A stretch of 64,000 nt of DNA, from the NCBI GenBank assembly GCA_963815115.1, contig CAWFFN010000005.1:96001-160000 (forward strand), in the 5' to 3' direction. Below are positions 44,194 to 54,950 of the stretch, in pieces. Under the pieces are notes generated by a model. The model ran no database searches and was not told the DNA's origin. It worked only from the letters and a program-made list of their open reading frames with translations. A program made the translations under genes and the position numbers. Every line of letters starts with the position of its first letter. Position 1 is the first letter of the stretch. This DNA comes from an uncultured delta proteobacterium. GTDB taxonomy: Bacteria; Desulfobacterota; Binatia; DP-6.

Positions 44194-45379
44194 GCGCCGC
44201 CACCAGCGCCGCCTGGTGGACCACCTTGAGCGGCACGCGCTTCTCCCGCGCCAGCGCGCGGCAGTCCTCGAACTCGGGCGCGACGTTCAGGGTGCCGTCC
44301 GGCGCGCGCGCGACCTTGACCCGCACGCTGCCGTAGGGCGTCTCCACGCGGCGTTCCTCGCGCGGCAGCACGAGCCGGCGCCAGGTGGCGTAGCGCAGCC
44401 CGATGGTCGACGTCTCCGCGAACACGATGGCAGCGAGCCTGTCCTGGTCGGCCGGATCGGCGAGCACGCGCAGCGTCGTGCCGGGCCGGCTCCTCTTCAT
44501 CAGCACGGGCTCGAGGAAGGCGTCGCGCGCACCGGCCGCGAGCAGCCGCTCGAGCACGTGCTCGTAGATCTGCGGGCTCGAGTCGTCGATCGTCGCCTCG
44601 AGCACCACGACCTCGTCCGACTCGAGTGCGGACATCGGATCGCCGACCAGGATGCGCAGCAGGTTCGGCCGGTCGGCAAGCGTCCGATCGCCCGCGCCGT
44701 ACCCGACCCCCGTGAGCCGGAACGGGGGCGCCGGGTCGGGACGTCCGAGTCCGGCAACGATCGCGGCGCCCGTCGGCGTGACCAGCTCGCCGTTGCCGTC
44801 GCCTGCCCGCACCGTCCAGCCGCGCAGGAGGGCGAGCACCGCCGGCCCCGGCACGGGAAGCGGGCCGTGCGACGCCTGCACCAGGCCGTGCCCGACGGGG
44901 AGCGCGCTCACGTGCACGGCGTCGATGCCGAGGTGCACGAAGCCGAGCGCCGCACCGACCACGTCGACGATGGCGTCGAGCGCGCCGACCTCATGGAACT
45001 CCACGCGGTCGGTCGGGACGCCGTGGACCTGCGCCTCGGCCTCGGCCAGGCGAGCGAAGATGGCGAGGGCGCGCTCGCGCACCGCGGCGTCGAGCGCGCT
45101 GCCGGCGATCAGGTCGCGGATCTCGACCCAGCGCCGATGTCCGTGCTGCGAGCGCGGCGCGTCGGGGTGCTGCCCGTGCACTCGCACCTGGAACTTCGTC
45201 GCGGCGATGGCGGAGCGCTCGGTGCGTTCGGCCCACACCTCGACACCGTCCAGAGCGAGCACGTCCACCGCCTCGCGCACGCGCTCGATCGGGAGACCGA
45301 GGTCGAGGAGGGCCCCGACCGTCATGTCACCGCTGATGCCTGAGAAGGTGTCGAGGTATGCGATGGACAAAACGCTCAC
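44171..45379 (-). CDS. larC: Nickel-pincer cofactor biosynthesis protein LarC
   Basis: SGISGDM, FHEVGALDAIVD, HGPLPVPGPA, ELVTPTGAA, ETSTIGLR, APEFEDC. Confidence 0.93.
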   Translation of the reverse strand: MSVLSIAYLDTFSGISGDMTVGALLDLGLPIERVREAVDVLALDGVEVWAERTERSAIAATKFQVRVHGQHPDAPRSQHGHRRWVEIRDLIAGSALDAAVRERALAIFARLAEAEAQVHGVPTDRVEFHEVGALDAIVDVVGAALGFVHLGIDAVHVSALPVGHGLVQASHGPLPVPGPAVLALLRGWTVRAGDGNGELVTPTGAAIVAGLGRPDPAPPFRLTGVGYGAGDRTLADRPNLLRILVGDPMSALESDEVVVLEATIDDSSPQIYEHVLERLLAAGARDAFLEPVLMKRSRPGTTLRVLADPADQDRLAAIVFAETSTIGLRYATWRRLVLPREERRVETPYGSVRVKVARAPDGTLNVAPEFEDCRALAREKRVPLKVVHQAALVAALRTPAAT

Positions 45380-45436
45380 TCCGTCATTGCGCGCCTAGAC
45401 CCCTGGTGCTAGGTTCCGGCATCTCGTGGAAGCCGC

Positions 45437-45802
45437 ATGAGACAACGCGAACTTAGCACCTTCCAGAAACTCCTACACGAGCGACGCCGAGAGCTCCTGG
45501 GCGAGGCCCTGCGTACGGTCGACGGTATGGGTGAAGGGCGCGAGCTGTTCCCCGATCCGACCGATCGAGCCACGCTGGAGTACAGCCGCAACCTCCTGCT
45601 GCGCATCCGCGACCGCGAGCGCAAGCTGATCTCGAAGATCGACGAGGCGCTGGGGCGCATCGAGGACGGCTCGTACGGGAAGTGCGAGGAGTGCGGGGGT
45701 GAGATCGGCGTCGATCGCCTCCGGGCGCGTCCCGTCACCACGCTCTGCATCAACTGCAAGTCGCAGCAAGAGGCGGAAGAGCGCCGCCGCCGCCTCGGCT
45801 GA
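45437..45802 (+). CDS. dksA: RNA polymerase-binding protein DksA
   Basis: PDPTDRA, RIRDRERKLISKIDEAL, C4 zinc finger CEECG...LCINCK. Confidence 0.93.
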   Translation: MRQRELSTFQKLLHERRRELLGEALRTVDGMGEGRELFPDPTDRATLEYSRNLLLRIRDRERKLISKIDEALGRIEDGSYGKCEECGGEIGVDRLRARPVTTLCINCKSQQEAEERRRRLG

Positions 45803-45810
45803 CCGCGAGC

Positions 45811-47556
45811 TCATCGCCCCGGCGGCGGCCTGAGCTCCACCAGCACGGCGTCTGCCGTGTGACCCGGATCGACGAACCAGTCGCGGAGCTCCGCGCCGCT
45901 CAGGCGTCCCACCTCGACCACGTTCGGGAGCTGCACGCCCTTGCCGGGAAGCAGGACGAAGACTCGCCGCCCCGTCGCCAGCCAGCGGCGCGCTGCCTCC
46001 GCGGGATCGCTGCCCAGCTGGGAGAACTCCCCGTCGTAGTGCGCCTCGGCGTGCGTGTAGTGGGTGATGTTCTCCGCCGGACGCCCGAGGGCCGGCGTGG
46101 TGATCACCAGCGCCCCGGCCGGAACGAGGGACTCGACCGCGTCGCGCGCCCGGATCACCTGCTCCTCCTGGAACCGGTCGCGCGCACCCGACCCGCCGGC
46201 GACCCGGACGAGGCCCACGCCGGCAAAGGCGAGCGCGGGGACCAGCGGACCGACCGCCGCCGCCGCGGGAGCGAGCGCGGGAGCGAAGGCCGCCACGCCG
46301 ACCAGCGCGGCGCCCGTGCCCACGACCAGCTCGAGAAGCCGTCGCTGCTCCTGGGACGGAAAGATCGCGGGTGACACCGCGACGGCGGCGATCGTGAGCG
46401 CGGTCAGGACGAGCCGCATCCCCGCGGAGAGGCCGGGTCGCGAGAGTGCCGCGCACCATCGCGCCGTGCCGGCGGCGGTGAGGACGAGCAGCGCCAGGGC
46501 CACCCCGACCAGGTAGCGCGCGTCCCCGTGTCCCCAGCAGCTGAAGAACAGCACGGAGGCGAGAGCGTACGGTCCGAGCGCCGCCGCGATCAGCCGCCCG
46601 CGCAGCGCGCCGAGCGCGGGCAGCAGAAACAGCCCGAACGCGCCGGCGAGGTAGCTCAGATTTGCGGGCAGCACGCGCGGCAGGTTGCGGAGCTGGAAGC
46701 CGCCTCCCGAGGTGAGCGGCAGCCGGGGCAGCACGCCTGCCATCGCGACGGCGTAGCGCCCGGATACGGCGCCGAGCAGGTGGCGGAACTCCATGCCCTG
46801 CGTGAAGGCGAGCGGGTGTCCCTGGGTGATCGTGTTGTAGGCCAGCAGCGGCGCGATCCCGACGAGGAAGGTGAGGCTGCCACGCATCAGCTCCGCGCCG
46901 CGCGGGCGCAGGACGAGCGCCAGCGCGCCGAGCGAGAACGAGTAGAGGATGGCATCGGGGCGCATCGTGCAGGCGATCCCGAGGGCGAGCCCGGCGAGAG
47001 CGAACCGGCCAGTGCAGGCCGCGGCCAGCGCGCCGATCGCGAGCAGGTGCGCCGGCAGATCGCGGACGACGGTGATGCCCCAGTAGTGCACCTCGGCGGG
47101 AATCACGAGCAGCGCCCACGGCGCCGCCGCCGCGGCCGCCGTGGCGAGTCCCGGCGGGGCGCCGTCGAGGAGCCGGCGGGTGAGCCACGCGAGGGCGGCC
47201 AGCAGCGCCAGGTAGAGCAGCGGATTCAGCAGGTGCTGGGCGCGCTCCCCGCCGACGGCGCCGGCGAGCGCCAGCAGCAGCGGGAAGCCCGGCGGATAGC
47301 GCGAGAAGACCTTCCCGTCTCGCCAGATATACGTCTGGTAGTAGGCGTCGGCGGTCTGGCCGCGCGGTACGCCAGCGGCCAGCGCCGCAAGCGAGTCCGG
47401 GTCGTGGAAGACGCTGCCGTGACGCAGGTCGTCCGCGAAGGTGAGGAAGGCGAACTGATCGCTCGCGAGGTACCAGGTGGTGCGGCGCTCGAGCCCGCGC
47501 GCGGCGACCGCGAGCGCCAGCAGGACGAGGCCGAGCGCGACGCGCCGGCCCGTCAC
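45811..47556 (-). CDS. Multi-TM glycosyltransferase (GT-C fold)-like membrane protein
   Basis: ASDQFAF first loop, SRYPPGFPLLLA, MRPDAIL, DARYL; many TM helices. Confidence 0.65.
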   Translation of the reverse strand: MTGRRVALGLVLLALAVAARGLERRTTWYLASDQFAFLTFADDLRHGSVFHDPDSLAALAAGVPRGQTADAYYQTYIWRDGKVFSRYPPGFPLLLALAGAVGGERAQHLLNPLLYLALLAALAWLTRRLLDGAPPGLATAAAAAAPWALLVIPAEVHYWGITVVRDLPAHLLAIGALAAACTGRFALAGLALGIACTMRPDAILYSFSLGALALVLRPRGAELMRGSLTFLVGIAPLLAYNTITQGHPLAFTQGMEFRHLLGAVSGRYAVAMAGVLPRLPLTSGGGFQLRNLPRVLPANLSYLAGAFGLFLLPALGALRGRLIAAALGPYALASVLFFSCWGHGDARYLVGVALALLVLTAAGTARWCAALSRPGLSAGMRLVLTALTIAAVAVSPAIFPSQEQRRLLELVVGTGAALVGVAAFAPALAPAAAAVGPLVPALAFAGVGLVRVAGGSGARDRFQEEQVIRARDAVESLVPAGALVITTPALGRPAENITHYTHAEAHYDGEFSQLGSDPAEAARRWLATGRRVFVLLPGKGVQLPNVVEVGRLSGAELRDWFVDPGHTADAVLVELRPPPGR

Positions 47557-47639
47557 CCGGGGGTCTCCGCGAAGACGGCGAAGCCCCCGGAAGGATGAAG
47601 TCCCTCCGGGAGCCCCGTCATCGTGCGGGACAGATCGTG

Positions 47640-48371
47640 TCAGTCGAGCTGGTCGAGTCGCGGGTCGAGGAATGCCGCACTCGGCGACCCGGGCATCGTG
47701 GTCGTGGTGGTGGGGGCGCTGGTCGTCGTGGTCGTGATGCCGCCGGGGCAGCCCTCGATCGACGGCCGGCGCACCTTGAAGAGCCGGTCACCGTCGTTCT
47801 TCACGCTGCCGTCGGCGCCGTACTGCACGCAGTAGCGATCGCCATTGGCGATCTTCAGCGTGATGAAGCCGTCCGTGCCGAGGTTCGGCGGGACCACGTC
47901 GAGCGGCCCCTTCTTCCCCCGCACGACCACCTTGATGCTGAACACGCCGCCTACCGTCTTCTTGATGAGGACGACCTTGACCGCGCCCTGCTGGCCGTCG
48001 GGGTCCTTGTACTTGAAGCCCGTGGTCCCGCTGGCACGCCAGAACGGCTTTCCGGCGGAGGTGGTCCCCTGCTTGAGAGGGAAGACCTGCTGGGTCGGGT
48101 TGTCGCCGTTCGCGATGACCGTGAGGATCGCGCCGCCCGCGCTACCGAGGAGGGCGCCGCCCGCGCTGCTCGCGATCGTCGGGTCGCCGACGATGGTGGC
48201 CGAGCTTCCGGTCTCCTTCGCAACGCCGGTCACCTTGCGCTTGTCGGGAGTGCCCGGGTTCTTCACGATGAACGAGCGTCCGAGAACCGTCTGGTCCGCG
48301 GCCCCCGCCCATGCCCCCAACACCATCGACAGCGCCACAGCCAGCGCAGACAACCTCGCGATCCGCTTCAT
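47640..48371 (-). CDS. Secreted hypothetical protein with Thr-rich linker and GSPSAAFLD tail
   Basis: Signal peptide, FKYKD motif, TTTTTSAPTTTTT linker. Confidence 0.7.
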   Translation of the reverse strand: MKRIARLSALAVALSMVLGAWAGAADQTVLGRSFIVKNPGTPDKRKVTGVAKETGSSATIVGDPTIASSAGGALLGSAGGAILTVIANGDNPTQQVFPLKQGTTSAGKPFWRASGTTGFKYKDPDGQQGAVKVVLIKKTVGGVFSIKVVVRGKKGPLDVVPPNLGTDGFITLKIANGDRYCVQYGADGSVKNDGDRLFKVRRPSIEGCPGGITTTTTSAPTTTTTMPGSPSAAFLDPRLDQLD

Positions 48372-48468
48372 GTGAGCCCCTCCTGACGTACGGAATTCGC
48401 GCCGGTAGCCGGCGCCGCATCGCCTCATGACCGGCTATCGTTCCGACCTGTACGTTGTCAAGGTCACA

Positions 48469-49131
48469 TCACGCGAGGAGCACCGAGGGAATTCGCAGAA
48501 AGTTGGACGCCAGCGCCGGGTCGTCGAGGTGCGGTAGCTCGCCGAGGCAGGGGAGGCCGGTGAGGGTCCGGATCGTGGCCGCGTTGGTGGCAGACGACGG
48601 GTCGCGTTCCCGATCCGGCTGGGAGAGCACGAAGCCCAGCGCGGTGAGGCCCATCGACTCGGCCACGCGGGCGGTGAGGGCGCAGTGGTTCACGGTGCCG
48701 AGCCGGTTGGCGGCGACCACGAGAAGCGGCAGCTCGAGCCGGGCAGCGAGGTCGGCGTAGGTGACGCCGTCCGCGATCGGGACGAGCAGGCCGCCCGCGC
48801 CCTCCACGAGGAGCACGTCCGCCACGGTCCGACGCCGGCGGACCAGCGCTTCGAGCCGCCCGAGGTCGATCGTGACCCCCTCGGCGCGCGCCGCCACCGA
48901 CGGGGCGACCGGCGTGCGCAGCCGGTAGGGGCAGACGTCGTCGAGCGCCGCCTGATCGGCCGCCGCCTCGCGCAGCCGCCGGGCATCCTCGGGCACGGAG
49001 ACGACGCCCGTCTCGACCGGCTTCATCACCGCAACGGTGCGCCCGCGCGCGCGCAGCGCGTGCGCCAGCGCGCAGGCCACGAAGGTCTTGCCGACGCCGG
49101 TGTCGGTGCCGGTGACGAGCAGCGCGCTCAT
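48469..49131 (-). CDS. bioD: Dethiobiotin synthase
   Basis: VTGTDTGVGKT, MKPVETG, VEGAGGLLVP, LGTVNH. Confidence 0.95.
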   Translation of the reverse strand: MSALLVTGTDTGVGKTFVACALAHALRARGRTVAVMKPVETGVVSVPEDARRLREAAADQAALDDVCPYRLRTPVAPSVAARAEGVTIDLGRLEALVRRRRTVADVLLVEGAGGLLVPIADGVTYADLAARLELPLLVVAANRLGTVNHCALTARVAESMGLTALGFVLSQPDRERDPSSATNAATIRTLTGLPCLGELPHLDDPALASNFLRIPSVLLA

Positions 49132-50480
49132 GCGGCCGTGGCTTCCGCGATGGCGTCCCGCGCGACGTCGACCAGCGTCTCCAGCTCCGACGGCGAGATC
49201 GCCAGCGGCGGCATGAGCACGATCACGTTGCCGAGCGGACGCAGCACGACGCCGCGCGCGCGAGCGGCCCGCACGACGCGTTGCCCGATGCGGGCGGCGG
49301 GCGGGTAGGGCACACGTGCGGCGCGATCGGCGACCAGCTCGATGCCGGCCATGACGCCCTGCTGCCGGACGTCGCCGACGTGGGGCAGCGGCCCGATCTC
49401 GCCGGCGAGCCGCTCGCGCAGCCGTGCGATCTTCGGTTGCAGGCGCTCCAGCGTGCACTCCTCGCTGAAGAGCCGCAGGCTCGCCAGTCCGACGGCACAG
49501 GCGAGCGCGTTGCCGGTGTAGGTGTGACCGTGGAAGAAGGCCCGGAACTCCTCGTAGGGGGCGAGGAACGCGGCGAAGACCTCCTCGGTCGCGAGGGTCG
49601 CGGCCAGCGGCAGATATCCGCCGCTGATGCCCTTCGCGAGACACAGCAGGTCGGGAGTGATGCCCGCGTGCTCGCACGCGAACATCCGTCCCGTGCGCCC
49701 GAAGCCGGTCGCCACCTCGTCCGCGATGAAGAGGACGTCGTGGCGGCGGGCGAGGGTGTGCAGTGCGCTCAGGTAGGCGGGCGGGTGGATCCACATGCCC
49801 GCGGCTCCCTGCACCAGGGGCTCCACGATCAGCGCGGCGAGCGTGTCGCCGTGCTCGGCGAGGGTTTGCTCCGCCTCGGCGGAGGCGGCGGCGAGCGCCG
49901 CCTCCGCGTCCATGCCGCGCTGCCAGCGGAAGACGTGCGGCGGCGTGAGGCGGACGGCGGGCCGGACGGCGCACTCGACGAAGCGATGGAAGGTCTCCGA
50001 GTACCCGACGCCGACCGCGCCCAGCGTGTCGCCGTGATACGCCTCGACCAGCGAGGCGAAGCGCGTGCGCGCCGTGGCGCCGCGGAGCTGCTGGTACTGG
50101 AGGGCGATGCGCAGCGCCGCCTCCACCGCGGTGGCGCCGGCGTCGGAGTAGAAGACGCGCGTCAGACCCGGGGGCACCACGCCGATGAGCGCGTGGGCGA
50201 GCTCGATCGCCGGCACGCTGCCGAGCCCGAGCAGCGTCGTGTGGGCGACGCGCTCGAGCTGGCCGCGTAGCGCGGCGTCGAGCGCGGGATGGCGATGGCC
50301 GTGGACGTTGCACCACAGCGACGACACGCCGTCCAGGTACCGGCGCCCCTGTGCGTCGACGAGCCAGCACCCTTCCGCCTCCGCGATGACCAGCGGCTCC
50401 TCCCGCAGCCAGTCGGCCATCTGGGTGAACGGGTGCCAGAGGTGACGGTGGTCCCAGTCGACGAGACGTGGATCGCTCAC
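49128..50480 (-). CDS. bioA: Adenosylmethionine-8-amino-7-oxononanoate transaminase
   Basis: LWHPFTQM, SSLWCNVHGH, YHGDTLG, ADEVATGFGRTG, AKGISGG. Confidence 0.95.
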   Translation of the reverse strand: MSDPRLVDWDHRHLWHPFTQMADWLREEPLVIAEAEGCWLVDAQGRRYLDGVSSLWCNVHGHRHPALDAALRGQLERVAHTTLLGLGSVPAIELAHALIGVVPPGLTRVFYSDAGATAVEAALRIALQYQQLRGATARTRFASLVEAYHGDTLGAVGVGYSETFHRFVECAVRPAVRLTPPHVFRWQRGMDAEAALAAASAEAEQTLAEHGDTLAALIVEPLVQGAAGMWIHPPAYLSALHTLARRHDVLFIADEVATGFGRTGRMFACEHAGITPDLLCLAKGISGGYLPLAATLATEEVFAAFLAPYEEFRAFFHGHTYTGNALACAVGLASLRLFSEECTLERLQPKIARLRERLAGEIGPLPHVGDVRQQGVMAGIELVADRAARVPYPPAARIGQRVVRAARARGVVLRPLGNVIVLMPPLAISPSELETLVDVARDAIAEATAA

Positions 50481-51655
50481 GCCGCTCCTCCGACGGTACG
50501 CGCCGCCGCGGCGAACGCGGCGAGGGCGCGCTCGATGTGGGCATCGGTGTGGGTGGCCATGGGCGTGACGCGCAGCCGGGCGGTGCCGGGAGGAACCGTC
50601 GGGGGACGGATGGCGTGGGCCAGCACGCCACCCTCGAGGAGCGCCGACGCGAATGCCATGGCGCGGGCATTGTCACCGAGGAGGACGGGCACGATATGGG
50701 TGTCGCCGCCGGTGCGGAGGCCGAGCGCCTCGAGGCCGCCGCGCAGGCGCTCCGCATGCCGGCGCAGCACCGTCCGGCGCTCGGGCTCGGCAGCGAGGAT
50801 GCGCAGCGCCGCACCCGCGGCTGCGACCGCGGCCGGCGCCAGCCCCGTCGTGTAGACGAAGCTGCGGGCGCGGTTCGCCACCAGCTCGACCAGCGCTCGC
50901 GACCCGGCGACGTACGCGCCGGCGCTGCCGAGCGCCTTGCCGAGCGTGCCCATGTGGACTGCGATGTCCGCGCTCAACCCTTCCGCCTCGGCCAGCCCGG
51001 CCCCCCGGGCGCCGAGGACTCCGGTGGCGTGGGCCTCGTCCAGGAACACGCTCGCGTGATAAGCACGGCCGAGCGCGACGAGGTCATGCAGGGGGGCCCG
51101 GTCGCCGTCCATGGAGAAAACCGAATCGGTCACGATGAGGCGCCGTCCCCCGACCGGAACCCCCTCGAGCTGCCTCCGGAGCGCCCGGACGTCGCGATGG
51201 GGATAGACGTGGACGGTCGCTCGCGAGAGCCGGCAGCCGTCGACGATGCTGGCGTGGTTGAGCGCGTCGCTGAAGACGTGATCGCCGCGGCCGACGAGCG
51301 CGCTGATCGTGCCGACGTTGGCCTGGTAGCCGGAGGGGAAGAGCAGTGCGGCCTCGGTATGCTTGAAGGCGGCGAGCTGGGCTTCGACCTCGACGTGCAG
51401 GTCGAGATGGCCCGCGATGAGGCGGGACGCACCCGTTCCGCATCCCCAGCGCCGGGTCGCCTCGCAGGCCGCTGCCATCAGCGCGGGATGGCCGGCGAGA
51501 CCCAGGTAGTTGTTCGAGGAGAAGAGGAGGACACGCCGTCCGGCGAGCTCCACCTCGGCAGCCGAGCCGGTCGCCAGCGGGCGCAGCGAGCGGCGGAGGC
51601 CGAGGGCCTCCAGACGGGCCAGCTCGGCTTCGAGCTCGCCATCGAGCGGCTGCAT
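50477..51655 (-). CDS. bioF: 8-amino-7-oxononanoate synthase
   Basis: SSNNYLGL, SGYQAN, NHASIVDG, FSMDGD, DEAHATG, GTLGKALG. Confidence 0.95.
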   Translation of the reverse strand: MQPLDGELEAELARLEALGLRRSLRPLATGSAAEVELAGRRVLLFSSNNYLGLAGHPALMAAACEATRRWGCGTGASRLIAGHLDLHVEVEAQLAAFKHTEAALLFPSGYQANVGTISALVGRGDHVFSDALNHASIVDGCRLSRATVHVYPHRDVRALRRQLEGVPVGGRRLIVTDSVFSMDGDRAPLHDLVALGRAYHASVFLDEAHATGVLGARGAGLAEAEGLSADIAVHMGTLGKALGSAGAYVAGSRALVELVANRARSFVYTTGLAPAAVAAAGAALRILAAEPERRTVLRRHAERLRGGLEALGLRTGGDTHIVPVLLGDNARAMAFASALLEGGVLAHAIRPPTVPPGTARLRVTPMATHTDAHIERALAAFAAAARTVGGAA

Positions 51656-51704
51656 CGGGCGGTGATGCCGGCGGCCAGGTCGCTTGTCAACCTCGATCGA
51701 GCCA

Positions 51705-53081
51705 ATGGTTGACAAGGCTCGCCGAACCGCTTTCGTCTGCCAGCAGTGCGGTCACACGACGCCTCGCTGGCACGGCCAGTGTCCTTCCTGCTCGACGTGG
51801 GAGTCGCTGGTCGAGGAAGCGGTGCGCGAGCCGAGAGCGCGATCGGGCGCCTCACGAAGCGCCTCCGGCGGTCGGGAGCCCCGGGCGCTGTCGGCGGTTC
51901 CGTCCGAGGATTCCATCCGGCGTTCGACGGGGCTCGGCGAGCTGGACCGGGTGCTGGGCGGCGGTCTCGTGCAAGGGTCGGTCACCCTCATCGGCGGTGA
52001 TCCCGGCATCGGCAAGTCGACCCTCACCCTGCAGGCCTGCAGCGCCCTCGCGCGCCGCGGTCTCGGCGTGCTCTACGTGGCGGGCGAGGAGTCGCCGCAG
52101 CAGGTGCGGCTGCGCGCGGACCGTCTCGGGCTCGGCAACGCCGAGGTGATGATCCTGGCCGAGACCGCGGCGGAGGCGGTGATCGAGCAGCTCGAGGCCC
52201 TGCGGCCCGCGGCGGTCGTCGTGGACTCCATCCAGACGCTGCACACCGCCGCGCTCGCGTCGGCGCCGGGCAGCGTCGGACAGGTACGCGAGTCGGCGGC
52301 GTTGCTGACGGCGCACGCCAAGGCGAGCGGCACGGCGTGCATCCTGATCGGACACGTGACCAAGGAGGGCGCGCTCGCCGGACCGCGGGTGCTCGAGCAT
52401 CTCGTCGACACCGTGCTCTACTTCGAGGGCGACGGCGCGCACGCGTTGCGGGTGCTGCGCGCGGTGAAGAACCGCTTCGGATCGACCAACGAGGTGGGCG
52501 TGTTCGAGATGGGCGAGCGCGGTCTCGCCGAGGTGCAGAACCCGTCCGCCGCCTTCCTCGCCGAGCGGCCCGTCGGCGCGCCGGGATCGGCCGTGCTGGC
52601 GACGCTCGAGGGGAGCCGCCCGGTGCTGGTCGAGATCCAGGCCCTGGTCTCGCGCTCGGGGCTCGCCATGCCGCGGCGGACCGCGATCGGCCTCGATGCC
52701 GGCCGCGTCGCGCTCCTCCTCGCCGTGCTCGAGAAGCGGCGGCGCATGCAGCTCCACGATCAGGACGTCTTCCTGAACGTCGCCGGAGGCCTGCGCGTCG
52801 ACGAGCCGGCCGCCGACCTGGCGGTCGTCGCCGCGGTGGCGTCGAGCGCGCGGGGCCGTCCGCTCCCCGAGGACACGGTGCTGTGGGGCGAGGTCGGCCT
52901 CACCGGCGAGGTCCGATCGGTTGCCCGGGCCGAGGCCCGAGCCCGCGAGGCGGCGCGACAGGGCTTCCGGCGCTGCGTGCTGCCGGCCGGGAACGTCCGC
53001 GGCCTCCGGCCCGTCGACGGTCTCGCGACGACGGGGGTGGCGACGCTCGATGCCCTCTTCGAGGTTCTCGATCTCGGATGA
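51705..53081 (+). CDS. radA: DNA repair protein RadA/Sms
   Basis: CQQCG...CPSC zinc finger, GDPGIGKST, KNRFG, Lon-like C-terminus. Confidence 0.96.
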   Translation: MVDKARRTAFVCQQCGHTTPRWHGQCPSCSTWESLVEEAVREPRARSGASRSASGGREPRALSAVPSEDSIRRSTGLGELDRVLGGGLVQGSVTLIGGDPGIGKSTLTLQACSALARRGLGVLYVAGEESPQQVRLRADRLGLGNAEVMILAETAAEAVIEQLEALRPAAVVVDSIQTLHTAALASAPGSVGQVRESAALLTAHAKASGTACILIGHVTKEGALAGPRVLEHLVDTVLYFEGDGAHALRVLRAVKNRFGSTNEVGVFEMGERGLAEVQNPSAAFLAERPVGAPGSAVLATLEGSRPVLVEIQALVSRSGLAMPRRTAIGLDAGRVALLLAVLEKRRRMQLHDQDVFLNVAGGLRVDEPAADLAVVAAVASSARGRPLPEDTVLWGEVGLTGEVRSVARAEARAREAARQGFRRCVLPAGNVRGLRPVDGLATTGVATLDALFEVLDLG

Positions 53082-54943
53082 GCACCGCGCTCCTCGTCCT
53101 GGCCAATCTCGTCCTGGTGGTGGTGTTCGCGCGCCTGCTCTGGAAGCGCGACCTCCTCGGCTTCGCCCAGGGCGGCAAGTGGTACCTCACCTGGATCTCG
53201 ATCGGCGTGATCACGCTCATGGACGAGCTGACGTCGGTCTTCTACGCCCCGGCGGAAGCGCACCGCTTCATCGGCACGCAGGCGATCTTCTTCATCGCGT
53301 TCACCTCGATCCTGATGCGGCTGCTCTCCAGCCGGATGGTCGAGATCGCCCAGATCCTCGAGCGCAACGGCATCCGCGGCGGCGGCGTGTACTCCTTCTC
53401 CTACCTCGTGCTCGGCCCGGTGGCGTCGTTCGTCGCCGTCGCGTCGATCATGGTCGACTACATCCTGACCGCGTGCATCTCGACCGTCAGCGCGGTCATC
53501 AACGGAACCGCCTTCCTCCCCCTGTCGGGGGGCACGGAGTACGCGCTGATCCTCGCCATCATCTGGGGCGTCGCGGTGCTGAACATCATCGGCATCCGGG
53601 AGAACGCGCGCGTCACCTTCTCGATCTTCATCGCCGCGAGCTTCGTGTTCGTGAACCTGATCGCGCTCGGATTCATCCACCTCGATCCGCAGAGTCCCGG
53701 CATCATCGCGGACAGCGCGCTCAGCGTGAAGCGAGGCCTCGAGCACACCGGGGTTGCACACTTCATCTCCGTGATCACCGTCGGCGTGGCGAGCTGCGTG
53801 CTCGCCTACTCCGGCATCGAGTCGGTGATCCAGACCGCGGGCCTGGTGCAGAGCTGGCGCGACATCGCCAAGGCCTACTGGTTCCTCGCCCTCACGGTCG
53901 GCATCGTGACGCCGCTGGTGTCGGCGCTGGCGCTCTCGGCGCCCATCGACCTGAAGGCCCACGAGGGCGACCTCATCACGTACTACGCGACGCTGGTCGG
54001 CAACGTGCCCTTCGGGGTGCTCGTCGGCGTCTTCGGCAGCATCATCCTGATCATGGCGGTCAACACGGCGTACGTGGCGTCGAGCGAGCTGCTCGAGCGG
54101 GTGGCGCACCGCTATCGTGTGGACTGGCTGATCGAGACCAATCGCAGGGCGTCGCTGTACCGCATCCACATCGTGAACGCGTCGCTCTACACCTCCATCA
54201 TCCTGCTGACGCGCGGCTCGCAGGCGGTGCTCGCCGAGATGTACGCCGTGGGGCTGCTGGCGAGCTTCTGCCTGAACGTCGGGTGCCTGCTGGTCTACCG
54301 CTACTTCAAGGGCACCAAGGAGATCCCCGACTACTACACGTCGCGCGTGGGGACGCTGCTGCTCGAGTTCGTGCTCGTCGCCTGCTTCATCTACCTCGCG
54401 CTCCACAAGCCGTACGGCACGGGACTCTGGGCCAGCGTCGTCGCCGTCATCCTGCTCGCCGGCATCCCCTTCTCGCGCCGCTACGGTCCCGAGGCGAAGC
54501 AGAAGCGGCGCAGCGACTATCCCATGGAGATGCTGCTCGCCCTCGGCGAGACCGACGGGCCGATGCATGTCTGGTTCCGGCGGCCGGGCGAGGGTGAGCT
54601 GAGCGACGACCCCGCGACGGCCTTCATCACCTTCTTCTCGCCGCGCCAGGAGATGCCCGAGAAGCTCGGTCCGAACCACTACCGCTTCGCCGTCCAGGGC
54701 GGCAGCGTCCATCGCAGCATCACCGTGGTGCTCGACCTTCTGGTCGAGGAGCTCGGCGGCCGCGACATCACGGTGCACTTCGGCTGGCCCACCTCCTCGT
54801 GGCTCGACCGCATGTCGACGGGGGTGCTGGTGCACAACCTGATGCGGCTGCCGCCGAAGTATCCCGCGCTGCACTTCGCGATGGAGTGCGCTGCGGCGCC
54901 CGCGCCGATCGAGGACGGCAGGCGGGCGGCCCTGCTCTCCTGA
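53078..54943 (+). CDS. APC-family permease
   Basis: TSVFYAP, GGGVYSF, DYILTACIS, LAYSGIES; about 12 TM plus a soluble C-terminus. Confidence 0.8.
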   Translation: MSTALLVLANLVLVVVFARLLWKRDLLGFAQGGKWYLTWISIGVITLMDELTSVFYAPAEAHRFIGTQAIFFIAFTSILMRLLSSRMVEIAQILERNGIRGGGVYSFSYLVLGPVASFVAVASIMVDYILTACISTVSAVINGTAFLPLSGGTEYALILAIIWGVAVLNIIGIRENARVTFSIFIAASFVFVNLIALGFIHLDPQSPGIIADSALSVKRGLEHTGVAHFISVITVGVASCVLAYSGIESVIQTAGLVQSWRDIAKAYWFLALTVGIVTPLVSALALSAPIDLKAHEGDLITYYATLVGNVPFGVLVGVFGSIILIMAVNTAYVASSELLERVAHRYRVDWLIETNRRASLYRIHIVNASLYTSIILLTRGSQAVLAEMYAVGLLASFCLNVGCLLVYRYFKGTKEIPDYYTSRVGTLLLEFVLVACFIYLALHKPYGTGLWASVVAVILLAGIPFSRRYGPEAKQKRRSDYPMEMLLALGETDGPMHVWFRRPGEGELSDDPATAFITFFSPRQEMPEKLGPNHYRFAVQGGSVHRSITVVLDLLVEELGGRDITVHFGWPTSSWLDRMSTGVLVHNLMRLPPKYPALHFAMECAAAPAPIEDGRRAALLS

Positions 54944-54950
54944 CGCGGCC

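Noticed and set aside
44171-45379. larC without larA/B/E nearby
   Set aside because: lar genes are commonly dispersed, so this is not unusual.
48469-50814. Apparent 781-aa BioD fusion ORF
   Set aside because: The N-terminal part is an off-frame read of bioF/bioA; real bioD starts at ATG49131.
52337-54943. Apparent 868-aa extended permease
   Set aside because: The upstream part is an alternative frame of radA; the true start is ATG53078, overlapping the radA stop.
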